Positions 37,056-49,016 of a stretch of 64,000 nt of DNA are shown in pieces; position 1 is the first letter of the stretch, and every line of letters begins with the position of its first letter. The stretch covers positions 53,283,131 through 53,347,130 of the forward strand of contig NC_083416.1 of the NCBI RefSeq assembly GCF_020745735.1, read 5' to 3'. Under the pieces are notes generated by a model. It saw only the letters and a list, made by a program, of their open reading frames with translations, did not search any database and had not been told where the DNA came from. The DNA is from Hemiscyllium ocellatum (taxonomy: Eukaryota). Position numbers and translations under genes: made by a program.

Positions 37056-37984
37056 TACGTGGACATATTTATGTCCACTTTGGTCAGGCGCAGAAGCAGG
37101 CTAACAAAGAAATCCTTTGCCTTACCCATCTCACTTTCTGCTACTTGCCCTCCAAGCCCCCATTCCTTAAAACAAGCATACAAAGTGGATATCACATGCT
37201 TCTTCTTCAAATACACCTGAACATAGACATAACCATATCAGGACTAATTTCTTTACTCATTGCCACCAATTCAGGTGAGCAGGTTGAAATCAAAGACAGT
37301 GAGATTTATCAGAAACATCATTGCAAATTTTAATTTCTCATCTGCCCAGATTGTACTTTCAGGAAAAGGTTAAATCAACTATTTGACAAATCTAGAATTA
37401 TTTGTTTCATATAATCCCACTTCAAACAAGATATATTGTGATTGAGATACTTTTGAAGGAACCATCCGATGTTTTGGTTAGTCATTTGCCTGCACTTGCA
37501 AAATAGTTATGCTTCCATTGAAATGTATCATATCTAGTGTAGTGGTCTCCCTTTGGAATTGAAGTGACCACATTATCTGCCAAAGTGCAGATTGTGAAGT
37601 TTTTCTGTATGAAGGGATCAATAGATTGTCACAGAATATAATTGGTGCAGCTTTACCTGCCTAGCAGCCCTCTTTTCTGCAAGAAAAGTTAAAATACAGA
37701 AGCTTTCCAATTTTGAAACTCATTAAGGACATAATGGAACTGTTAGAAGAATAGGAGCAGGAGCACAATTATCACTAAAGCTTCTGAAAACTCAAGTTGC
37801 AGCACAAGAAACTAGAAGGAAGAAGCACAAAGTGCAGAAGTAGCTTTAAAATTGCTGATTAAATGTTCTTACGGCATTTTATTTTTAAAATGAACTTCAA
37901 CATAAACCGATCTCCTAGCAAACTTAACTGCCAATATACAATCTATGTTTCTAGCCAGTGCATTCCAAATTGTCAATTGTTTTA

Positions 37985-38210
37985 CAATCCCGACAGTGTG
38001 GAAGCAGGCCGTTCGGCCCATTGTGTCCACACTGTCCTTCCGAAATGCATCCCACCCAAACCTACCCCCACATCCTATCTTTGGAACCCTGCCTTTCCCA
38101 TTGCTGAACATCCCTGGACACTATGGGCAATTTAGCCTAGCCAATCCACCTAGCCTGTACATCTTTAGGCCATGGGAGGAAACTGGAGCACCCAGAGGAA
38201 ACCCATGCAA
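37985..38210 (-). mobile_element. HE1-type SINE (5'-truncated)
   Basis: Reverse complement of the V-domain and tail. Confidence 0.8.
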
Positions 38211-38283
38211 ATGTGAGATGAAAGCAAATTTCACACAGCAAGTAGTTTGAGTTAAGGATGTATAGCTGGCAAGTGTGATGGAC

Positions 38284-38418
38284 ATGATTTGGAGACGTCG
38301 GTGTTGGACTGGGGTGTACAAAGTTAAAAATCACACAACACCAGGTTATAGTCCAACAGGTTTATGTGCTTCCAAATAAATCTGTTGGACTATAACCTGG
38401 TGTGGTGTGATTTTTTTT
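38284..38418. mobile_element. Penelope family B hairpin with the central hammerhead region deleted
   Basis: Inverted arms 38326-38365 and 38376-38415. Confidence 0.75.
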
Positions 38419-38849
38419 ATGCGGGATGGAGGCAGGTTCAACTAAGGCATTCAAGAGGGCCTATGTATCAGGAGTTCGCACTAAGTTACAATGCTCAGAG
38501 ATTTGGTGCCGATATGATGGGGCGAATAACCTCTTTCTGTACCATTACAAATCAGTGTTTCTGTTATTCCAGAACCTGGAACCTGAGAACAGCTTGTAGT
38601 CGCAGTCAGGGCCTTTGCTGTTATTGGCACTGCAGTGACTACAAAGCTGTTGGCTAATCAGATTGACTAGCAGTTCTTTGAGACTTGATCTCCGCTTGGC
38701 GAGTGGCACAAGTTGCATTTGCAACCAGTTAACATCCCACAGAGAATTAAATGCCTGGTTGGCTGCCATAATGGTGGGGATGCAGGAAACCCCAAAATTT
38801 TAAAAATCCTGGCCCTACACATATCCCTGGAATTTCTGAATAACAAAGA

Positions 38850-39970
38850 GACCTACATCAGGCTTTGACTTATTGACTACAGCTCCGTCTTCAATACCAC
38901 AATTCCAAACAAACTCATCTCCAAACTTTGGCATCTTGATCTCTGCTAACCCCCACTCCTGAAACTGGATTCTCAACTTTCTGATTCAGAAACTGCAGTC
39001 AGAAAGAACAGGCCTCCTCCATGATAATCCTCAAAAACAGTGCCCTGAAAGCTGCTTACCCAGCCCCGTACTATACTCCTTATTGACGCACGACTGTGTG
39101 GCCAAATTCTACACCAACTCCATTTACAAGTTTGCTAACAACACCACCGTTGTAGGTCGGATCTCAAACAATGATGAGATGAAGTACAGGAAGGAGATAG
39201 AGTGCTAAGCAGCATGGTGTAAAGACAACAGCCTCTCTATCAATGTCAGTAAAACAAAGGAGCTGGTCACTGACTTCAGGAATCGGAGTGCAGAACACAC
39301 TCTTATCTGTGTCAATAGTGCTGAGGTGGAGATGGTTCAGGCTGCCAAGTTTCTGGGAGTGATGATCACTAACAATCTGTCCTGGTCTATCTTCGTTGAC
39401 ACTACGGTCAAAAAAGCCTTTACTTTCACAGGATGCTAAGGAAATTTGGCATGTCCATAAATTCTGTTATAAATCATTGCAGATAAACCACAGAAAGCTC
39501 CCTCTCTGGATACATCACAGCATGAAATGGCAACTCATCTTCCCAAGACCGAAAGAAACTGCAGACACTTCTGAACACAGCCCAATCCATCATGCAAACC
39601 AGCCTCCATCCATCAAATCCAACTATGCTTCACTGCATCGAGAAAGCAACAAACATATTCAAAGACCTACTCTGTTTATAGTCTTTTCCATCCTCTTCCG
39701 TTGGGTAGAAGATATGGAAGTTTGAATATGCATTCAAACAGGTTCATGAACAGCTTCTTCCCTGCTGTTATGAGACTTTTGAATGCACCTCTTTAATGTT
39801 AATGTTGATCTCTCCCTGCATCTTCTCAGCAACTGCCACAATGTATCCTGCACTCCGATTTGTTAACCTGATGCATTTGTTTAATACGATTTGCCTGTAA
39901 AGCATGTAAGACAATACCTTTCACTGGAGCCCGGTATAAATGACAGTAATAAGTCAAATCAAATCAAATC
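38850..39970 (+). mobile_element. Rex1/Babar-type LINE 3' fragment
   Basis: LIDYSSVFNTTIPNKLISKL, YSLLTHDCVAK and KFANNTTVVGRISNNDEMKYR. Ends in (AAATC)n. Confidence 0.75.
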
Positions 39971-40364
39971 CTGCATATGCAAAGTTTGCAGAAGTAAATT
40001 CCAATAGTCCTCGCTGTCACTTTGATGTAATAATGCTGACCTCAATTCCATACATTCAGTGCTGCTAAGGCATGGATGCTGCAAGTTTGGGTTTTTTTTT
40101 GCTCTGAAAACATGTTATGTTCAAATGGAAATTCTCTAAATGCTTCCCTTCATTCTTTGAAAATGCTTATATCTGATAAAAGGGTCATTAACCTGAAATG
40201 TTGACTCTGTTTTTCTGTCCACTGGTATTGACTGATCAACTGACTACTTCCAGTCACTTCTTTGTTGCTGATTTCCAGCATCAATGAGGTTTTGCTTCTT
40301 GAGTGTTGTAAGAGCCACATTCAGATTGTGATGATTATATGGTTTTAACAGATGTATAATGTCC

Positions 40365-40920
40365 TGGGCCATGCTGACCAGATATCCTAAATTAACCTAG
40401 TCCCATTTGCCAGCACTTGGCCTATGTCCCTCCCAACCCTTCCTGTTCATATACCCATCCAGATGCCTTTTAAATGTTGTTATTGTCCCAGCCTCCACTA
40501 CTTCCTCTGGCAGCTCATTCCATACATGTACCACCCTCTGCGTGAAAACATTGCTCCTTAGATCCCTTTTGAATTTTCCCCTCACACGTTAAACCCCTGC
40601 CTCTAGTTTATGACTCAACTACCTTGGGAAAAAAGACTTTGATTATTCACTGTATCCATGCCCCTCTTGATTTTATAAACATCTATATGGTCATCCCTCA
40701 GCTTCTGAAGCTCCAGGGAAAATAGCCCCAGCCTATCCAGCCTCTCCCTGTATCACAACCTTCCAACTCCAGTAGCATCACTTTCTGAACCCTTCCAAGT
40801 TTCACAACATCTTTCCTACCACAGGAAGGCCACAATTGAAAGCAGTATTCCAAAAGCAGCCTAACTAATATCCTGTACAGCCGCAACATGACATCCCAAC
40901 TCCTAAACCCAATGCGCTGA
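40365..40920 (-). mobile_element. CR1 LINE 3' fragment
   Basis: FTQRVVHVWNELPEEVVEAGTITTFKRHLDGYM. Confidence 0.85.
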
Positions 40921-40924
40921 CCAG

Positions 40925-41970
40925 AATTCCCAGCCTTTCATCTCCTCTTGTAACCACAATTTTTTTTATGATTGGATCCTGTTCAGCTTCTGGTCAATAG
41001 TGAGCCACAGATGTTGATAGTGGAGATTTCAGCAATGGTAAATTCAATGAAAGTCAAGGGGAACAAAAATAGAAGTTGCTGGAAAAGCTCAGCAGATGTG
41101 GCAGCATCTGTGAAGAGAAATCAGAGTTAATGTTTTGGGTCCAGTCACCTTCTTCAGAAGTCAAGGAGAGATGGTTACATTCTGTCTTGTTGGAGATAAC
41201 CACTGTCTGGCACTTGTGTGGCATGAATATTATTTTCTGCCTATCAGTCCAAGCCAATATTCTCTAGGCTTGCTTCTTCTGGACTGCTTGAGTAACTCAG
41301 GAGTTGTAAGTGGTGCTGAATATTGTGCAATGATCAGTAAATATTCCCACTTCTGAACTTACAATGGAGGAGTGTTCATTGATGAAGAAGCTAACGATTA
41401 TTGGGCTTGCGACATTATCCTGAGGAATTCCTGCAGAGATGTTCCGGAGCTGAGATGACTGATCTCCAACAACCACTTTTGGCCACATATGAGTCTAACT
41501 AGTGAAGAATTCTGCCCTTGATTCCCATTGAGTCTAATTTTGACAGTGATCCTTGATGCCACACAGAGTTAAATGCAAACTTAATGTATTGGGCAGTCAT
41601 CTCTGAAATTCAGCTCTTTTGTCCATGTTTGAACCAAAGCTGTAATGAGATCAGGAGCTGAGTGGCTCTGGCAGAACACAAGCTGAGCATCAGTGAGCAT
41701 GTCATTGCTAAGTGAATGCTGCTTGACAGCACTGTTGATGACACCTTCCATTTCTACTTATGGTTGAGAGTAGACCGACGGGCTGGTAATTGATTGCATT
41801 GAATTTGTCCTGCTTTAAGAACGCAGGACATATCTGGACAATTTTCTGTATTGTCAGGTAGATGCTAGTGTTGTAGTTGTACCAAAACAGATTGGCTAAG
41901 GGCTCAACAAGTTCTGATGCACATGTCTACAGGATTGTTGGCGGAACATTTTCGAAGCCCATAGCATTTG
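40925..41970 (-). mobile_element. Old CR1-group LINE RT fragment (Penelope-type terminus inserted ~41057-41160)
   Basis: ISAGIPQDNVASPIIVSFFINEHSSIVSSEVGIFTDHCTIF (decayed PQGS and FADD motifs). Confidence 0.75.
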
Positions 41971-42329
41971 CAGGTGATTTCATTGTAGATGACACTGGGT
42001 TCCTGGGCTAATCAGAAACAATTGTTTGAAATAAAGCTGGAAATTTTAAGCTGAATCTTATGCTTTTTTGGCTAAGTCTGTGTTGAGATGGGATTTTTTG
42101 CTGCAGGATCTTGTCAAATCTTTCCAAACTTGTTGCATTAATTACCTACCCAGCTCAATGATATCCTTTACAACGGATTCTGGTCTCATCTTACAATGTG
42201 TCATTCCCAGAACAAGCTACCTCTCAGTGGATATCCCCTAATTCACTGGCATCCCTTGCATGCATTTCTTATGCATCCAGACATGCACTGTCAGTCAGGA
42301 GCTGCTATGCTCATCGTCTGACGTTTACC

Positions 42330-42590
42330 TTGGATATGACAGACAGGGGGATATCAGTGGCCCAGTCTGCAGGTAGGGTCCCAGAGGTCCTACTGAATGG
42401 GAGAGTACAGAAGTGGGGCTTTCTCTTCCTTCAGAAGCAGTGGTGGCCAACAGAGACCAGACCATGTCAGCCTGGCCTGAAGTTGCCACCTGTATTGGTG
42501 GAGTCTCAGTTGTTTGCAAGACTGCATCCTGCTGTAGGTGGAAGGTCTAAGGCCTTCTTCACTCTGCCAGCATAAGTGCCACCATCCTCT
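42330..42590 (+). mobile_element. Second Harbinger-type Myb/SANT-like relic
   Basis: PEVLLNGRVQKWGFLF.. then, after a frameshift, QTMSAWPEVATCIGGVSVVCKTASCCRWKV*GLLHSA. Parallels 33690-33900. Confidence 0.5.
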
Positions 42591-42937
42591 CTTTAATTCC
42601 TCATTCAATCTCTGTCACTATACCCTTCATCACCAAGGCTCATGCTTTAGCAATCTCATTTATGCCTGTAATACCTTCTCTCACTCGATATCATCCACCT
42701 CAATCTATGTCAGCACTAACTCAGCATACCCTCAGTGCCACCTATCCACACATTTAGGATGAGGGCTTTCAGACCATTTCTAAGCTCCAGGACTGGTATC
42801 AGAGGTTGGTCTTGGGCTGGATTCCCTGAGCAAAGTCTACTCCCCCCTTGAGTGAACTGGGGCTTGCTGACAAACAAGACAAGCCTCTTGTTTCTGAGTC
42901 TGTTACTCTGCAGTATGAGTAAGTGTAATGACAGTAA

Positions 42938-43147
42938 CTGAGCTGAAAATGTGTTGCTGGAAAAGTGCAGCAGGTCAGGCAGCATCCAAGGAACAGGAGA
43001 TTCGACGTTTCGGGCATAAGCCCTTCTTCAGGGCTTATGCTTGAAATGTCGAATCTCCTGTTCCTTGGATGCTGCCTGACCTGCTGCGCTTTTCCAGCAA
43101 TACATTTTCAGCTCTGATCTCCAGCATCTGAAGACCTCACTTTCTCC
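42938..43147. mobile_element. Penelope family A hairpin mini-element with 14-bp TSD
   Basis: Arms ~42940-43024 and ~43030-43114. TGTAATGACAGTAA is duplicated at 42924-42937 and 43148-43161. Minus-strand core CTGAAGA-A-GGGC(TTAT)GCCC-GAAA-CG-TC. Confidence 0.85.
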
Positions 43148-43535
43148 TGTAATGACAGTAAGTGCTGCAAACTGGTCCAATCCATGCTTTGGCGTCTGTG
43201 TGCCTGAGTGCACCTGATGAAGGGCTTTTGCCCAAAACATCGATTTTCCTGCTTCTTGGATGCTGCCTGTACTGCTGTGCTTTTCCAGCACCACTCTAAT
43301 CTAGACCCTGCCTAAGTGTGCACAGCAGCATTATGATGATAGTGGCAGGGTCAGCCGAGGTGCTGCACTGAAGTGTAGAAACAGCCTGAAAGTGAATAGG
43401 GGAAGTGTCACGAGGATTGTTAGACGCTAGCACGTCAGATTCCTATGTCCTTGGATGTGGGGCGCCCTGTGTCGGTGGAGCATGCCCTGAGATATTGGTG
43501 TTGTGGTTCTGTTCGCCGAGCTGGAAGTTCTTGTT

Positions 43536-43575
43536 GCAAACGTTTCGTCCCCTGGCTAGGCGACATCATCAGTGC
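43536..43575 (-). ncRNA. Minimal type-I hammerhead ribozyme motif (Penelope family C terminus, ~43497-43620)
   Basis: GCA-CTGATGA-T-GTCGCCT(AGCC)AGGGGAC-GAAA-CG-TT-TGC: helix I GCA/TGC, long helix II, palindromic AACGTT helix III. Confidence 0.75.
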
Positions 43576-43695
43576 TCTGGAGCCTCCTGCGAAGCGCTTC
43601 TTTGATGTTTCTTCCGGTATTGGTGCCCAATATCCAATAGCAAGGTTATGTGGAGAAATTGGGAACTGAATTCACCAAGTACTAGCTCTAGCTTC

Positions 43696-44480
43696 TGAAA
43701 TCACTCCACAGAGGCTGATTTCCCATCACCAAGTTACTCTTTAATTACACTTGGTGAGTCCTTGACACTGACCTAGTTCCTTCACAGCCAGCTCTCAGAG
43801 TGAACTGGATGTCTTTTTTTTCAACCCCACACTACAGCTTAACTGTGGTAGTGCTTATTTTTCCCCTGCACCCATGTTGTGTGTATGTGCAGGTGTGAGA
43901 CACAGTGAATGACACAACGTGCACAAATCTTTATTCAGTTTCCACCACCAGGAAGAAAAGAAACACCCAAGTGACCAGTGACAAGCAGTGCCCTTCACAT
44001 CAAAGGGCAATGCTGTGTGATCAAACAGTGGAGGGGAGGGCAGGGATTAAATCAAAATAGAATTGGATGGGGAAATAATGCACTCCAGGATGTCTGTTTA
44101 TAGCTGTGAGACAGGCTCTCTGATTGGATCAGGTTAACAGTCCTGATCAGGGAACTCATATTCTGTGAGATCTCTAAAATCTTAAAGAACTGTGAATGCT
44201 GGCAATTAGAAACAAAAAGAGAAATTGCTGGAAAGGCTCAGCAGGTCCAGTATCACCTGTGGAGAGAAATCAGTTACCGTTTCAGGTTCTGTGACTCTTC
44301 CTCTGAATGCCTCTGCTTGAATGAATGCTGCCAGACCTGCTGAGCTTTGCCAGCGATATCTGTTTTGGTTCTCTGAGGTGCAACTTGCTGACTTCCTGAC
44401 AATCATTACATCCTCCCCCTCTGAGTCCGAAGATATAGACCGGTACTTCATTTTTGTAGTTCCTCCTGGGATGGTGTAGC
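43696..44480 (-). mobile_element. Gypsy-like 3' LTR (43696-44410) with polypurine tract, carrying two younger insertions
   Basis: Minus strand AGAGGGGGAGGA (44422-44411) is immediately followed by TGTAATGA. Probable end ...TGATTTCA at 43696. Confidence 0.6.
43815..44087 (-). mobile_element. Poly(A)-tailed retroposed fragment with 8-bp TSD
   Basis: GGATGTCT at 43807-43814 and 44088-44095. T-run at the left end and AATAAA on the minus strand. Confidence 0.65.
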
Positions 44481-45844
44481 ACCGGTTCAGGTTCCTCCTA
44501 CTCTGCCAAACACTACAGTTTCCATGTTGATCTTTTTCAGCACTTAGCTTATTTGGTGAGTCTGATAAGACAGAAAGCTAAAGGTAATGAGGCAGAAGTG
44601 CTGTCAACAAGGTATTTAACAAATAATCCTCCAAAATCCCCCTTAATTGGCAACTCCCTGTTGCTAGCAAGAAACTTGTCATGCATCTGTAAAAATAGTA
44701 AAAGATGCAGTATTTCTCCCAGTGTCAAGATGGGTCTTGACTGACCTCTTACCTCTTTCTGTCACACATTTCACCATCACCCACATCACTCTAGACCCCT
44801 ATAAGATCCCATCCATTAGTTCTGATTTTCATTAACATAAAATATTTGTGGGAAATAAACACAACTGGTACTCAATGATGTGAATGTTGACTGTATTCTG
44901 ATGAAATTAAAAAAACAAGTTTAGTACAATTCAGGATATTAAAGTGATCTATCTGAAGAAAGAAAACCTCGTTGACTTTAAGACTGAGCATTGCTCAGAT
45001 TTATACCATTTCATAATTGAATGAACTAACCCTATAGAGGTGATAAAAGAGATAACATTTCCTGGCAATGACTAATACTGACATTTAATGTTGATGTTTC
45101 GATGGTAGTCAGCAATTTCTTGAACTTTCTTCTGCACTGCACATTGTTATATCTCCATGCATATGCAAGTTCTTCCTTCTGAACAAAAATGATGTTTTGC
45201 AAAATTTGATATTTTCTACCAGATTATAAGAAAGAAAAAGATCATCAAACGCTGAGGCAATCTTTTAAAGATAAAAGAATGAAATTGAACTCATGGTCAT
45301 CCATTAATTCTTGTGACCATGGACCAATAGGAATTAGGTGGGAACTGGAGCAACTCAGTTATCCCTTTGTTACCCAGAGCTTGTCCCGTGTAATATTCAG
45401 GCAAGCCTTTCAATGGGTGAGCATCTGAAATAAACATGAGACAATTCAAAATACAAATTGGCATCCTACACCTATTGTAGATCCACAATTATTCAATTCA
45501 ATTGGAACACTTGCAGAATTTCTTTGGTCAATGGTAGGACAATCTTCATCAATCTGATTAAATTCTTCATTTTAATTTGCTTGACGTTTACCTTCTCAAC
45601 CCATAATGTAATTCCTGTTCACAGTCTGCACAGTCAAGACATTCCACCTTCCCCTCCAAACCCCACATTTTGCAAGGTCCAGCCAGTTGATTTCTCACCC
45701 TCGACAAATGGTCAACATCAGCGTGGTTCCTATTCCCTCCGCTATGCATGCACGGACTCATGTGCATCTGTGATCAGTTTGAACGGGCCTCAAGGGCTTA
45801 TTGGGAACTGGGCCGACAAATCCTCTAACCACTTTACCTCTGGA

Positions 45845-47218
45845 CTGACCACTTGAAGGTGCTGGGTATTTGATTCGGAGGGGCTGGGGCGTGCGCCAAG
45901 TCTTGGTGGAACGTATCAATAAAGTAAGGCAGAAACTGGGCAGATGGGAGCAACGGTCGCCTCTCTATCGCAGGTAAAAACCTGGTCATCTGGTGTGAGG
46001 TACTCTCAGTGCTGTTACACATGGCACAGGAATGGCCTATTCCCCGAACCTGTGTGCCGCCGCAGTCATCAGGACCATCTTCCACTTCAAGTGGAGATCA
46101 AAGATGGACCGGGTCCGAAGGAACACGATGTACAAAGATCTGGGCAACGGGGGAAACAACACACCCAATACCACCCTCACCCTGATGGTCACCTTTGTGT
46201 GTGGCTGCATCAAGCTGTGTATGGATCCCAGTACGAAAACACCAAGTGTCACTACGTACTGAGGTTCTACCTGTCGCCCAGTATTGTGAAGGATGGGCCT
46301 GGCCTTGCTGCTGCGGAACGCTCCAAATAGTTGGACTGTTCCGTATCTCCTGTCCTTCTTGGAGAAATTTATGAAGAAAAATACATGTGACCACAAGTTC
46401 ATCAGGAAGTGATCAGCAAGTAGGGTCCTCGAAATCCTTTGGGTAAAGGAGAGAGTGGATCCTGTTCAGCAGTTCCCTGAAAAAACTGTCAACGTCATTT
46501 GGCAGAATGCCTCATTGCCAAGACTTTCCACCAAGCACCAAGACATGGCTTGGCTGCTGGTGAGAAGGAGTCTGCCTGTGAGATCCTTTATGCACGCCTA
46601 GACTCTCTGCCCCACTGCACGCTGCCCATGAATCGGTTGTGGAGAGGATGAGATTGTCACATACTGCCCTCTGGAATGTGCCTATGCAAAGGAAATCTGG
46701 AGAGGAATGCAGTGGTGTCTGTCGTGGTTCGTCCAGCAGCTGCATGACACAGGACTCCCTGCTCCACGGTCTGTTCCCCAGGACGCACACCGAGATGAAC
46801 ATCAACTGTGCCTGGAGGATCATCTCCTTGGTGAAAAAAGCTCTTTGGTCTGCCTGAAACCTGGTGGTCTTCCAGTTGAAGGAGTTGACCCCGACTGAGT
46901 GTTGCAAATGGTACATTTCAAGGTCTAGGACTACGTGTTGAGGGATGCTTGGGGCAGCTGCTGCCAAGGCACGGTAGGGAAACACCACCGAGTAGGGTCT
47001 GCCTGCCAAAGAAGAACGGGCAGGCTCATTCAGTAATTGGGCTCCACTGACACCTCAACTAAACACCTGGATGGTTAACATACAGACTTGTATACACAAA
47101 TGAGTCAGTCTGATCTCTGTATGTAAAGACATTCAATGAATGCATATGAATGGCATTACCAACTGTACAGATACCAAAATTTTTTAATGAATAAAGTATA
47201 TTTTTAAAATAAAAAAAA
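45845..47218 (+). mobile_element. Tx1/L1-clade LINE, 5'-truncated ORF2 C-terminus
   Basis: DHLKVLGI, AVIRTIFHFKWRSKMDRVRR, WLLVRRSLPV, C-terminal Cys/zinc-knuckle remnant (..LECAYAKEIW) and GAAAAKAR. AATAAA at 47190 followed by an A-tail. Confidence 0.8.
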
Positions 47219-48953
47219 CTCCCTCTGCACACTTCAGCTTAAATGAGATCCAAAGCTAAACTGGGTTCAGATTCAGGCAGGTGTTGGTTAGGATAATATA
47301 GAAACATAAAAGGAGCAGCGTTCCGGCTAATATTTTCTTTACTCTGCCTGGACCACTGAGGACATTGTGCAGCAGCAATTTCCAGAACAGGCGGTAAATG
47401 CTGCAAATGGTGTCAGTTTACCAATCACCAAACACAGACCCTCAGAGTGGCAGCTTACAGGGAGCATGAGTTAGAAGGAGTAGTCCATTTGCCTATGCAA
47501 GCTTGGTCCCCCAATCCATAAGATCATGACTGATGTGGTTACTCCATTCCTCCCTGTCCCAGATAATATTTTGTCCTTTTGCATAGCATTTAACTCAGTC
47601 TTATTACCCCAACAGCTGTACCCTTATTTTCGTTGAACATTGAATTTGTCAGCACTTCCATTTGCGGTATTTCTCAACAATTTCTCATAAATAATGCAAA
47701 GACATGATTGATTGAGTTGCCTGGAAGGAGATTCTAAAGCCAGAATTTTCAATATTCCAAAAGCTGTAGGCAAGTATCTAAATTGGAGCACTGCATATAT
47801 AACAAGATACAACACATCAGCTGATATCAAAGTCAGTAATTTGTCTGAAACAAACATCGAAAGTCATACAGAAAAAAAAGCATGTTTTCAAAAAATTGAT
47901 TCCCTGAAAAGAACAAACAAATGTTAAAATGAAAGCGAGAGTATGAAATGGATAGATGAAAACATCTCTGTTCAGGAAGCCATGGGCAAAATCATGGTTT
48001 TAAGATAATCAAATGTCAGTTTTAATAGGGAATCTTTAAGCTTCTGACAACTATGATGAATAACACATGCTGTTGATCAAGCTGTGATGATTTTATGCTG
48101 CAACCACTTAACTTTTGAAATGCACGTGCTCTTTGAATATTGAAAGAATGTTTTCAGCTTTCGCACTGTTTTCTTGTCTGTACAGTGCCATTATAAAATA
48201 TCAATGTTGTTATTCAAAGAATCATCATTGTCAGTCCCTGAATTCCAAAATAACATTCAGAATCATGACTTTCTGCCATGGGTCTTCATGTGACTAAACA
48301 GGTCAATTCTTGACTCAGAGACCTTTCTGCACATGGAACAGGGAGTCTAACTATGATAAAACATAATGGAAAATGACTTGAAACAAATAACCTTTTAAAG
48401 CACTTTAATACCTTTGGATTCTTTAGTTGTTTTTATTGGGGTGGAGGTGTGAGTGGTGTTGGGAGAGGGTCAAGGGATATGCACTTTCCCCTCCTTAATC
48501 CACCCATTCAACCTGCTGTTGGCTTCTTCTACAGCTTTAATCTTTGTGTTCAGTAATCTTTAATCAGGATAATTGTTTCATTGCAGTTGACTTTTTAAGA
48601 ATCAGAATTTACCTTCATGGACTAAAAAGGCTCAATACAGTAAACATACCAAACAAACACCCACGTTTTACCTGTCAATTTGATTTCATTTTTATTTCTC
48701 CAAAGTGCAATTTCCGTTATTTATGAATATATTTTCAAGTTAATTACTTGGGTTTCTCTTTCATTGCACTCTTTCACTGAGGCATTAATGTGAGCAATTA
48801 TCTCTGAGTTTATTTTTTTGTATTGAACTTTATCCATTAAACACAATTGATTACATGTCATTATATCTAAAGACATAAAGGTAATTACTGAGAGGTAACA
48901 AACAATTGCAGATGTTGTAAAAGAGCCCCAGTTTGAATAGGAATCCAGTTTCT

Positions 48954-49016
48954 ATTGGTGTTTGCACATGATTTTAAAAACTTTTAAAGTTTTTAAAATC
49001 ATGTGCAAACACCAAT
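48954..49016. repeat. Perfect palindrome (31-bp arms, 1-nt spacer)
   Basis: ATTGGTGTTTGCACATGATTTTAAAAACTTT-T-AAAGTTTTTAAAATCATGTGCAAACACCAAT. Confidence 0.95.

Noticed and set aside
47700-48005. Coding-looking AT-rich stretch (similar ones at ~37600-37850 and ~44930-45100)
   Set aside because: No recognisable domain, internal stops and no consistent splice structure.
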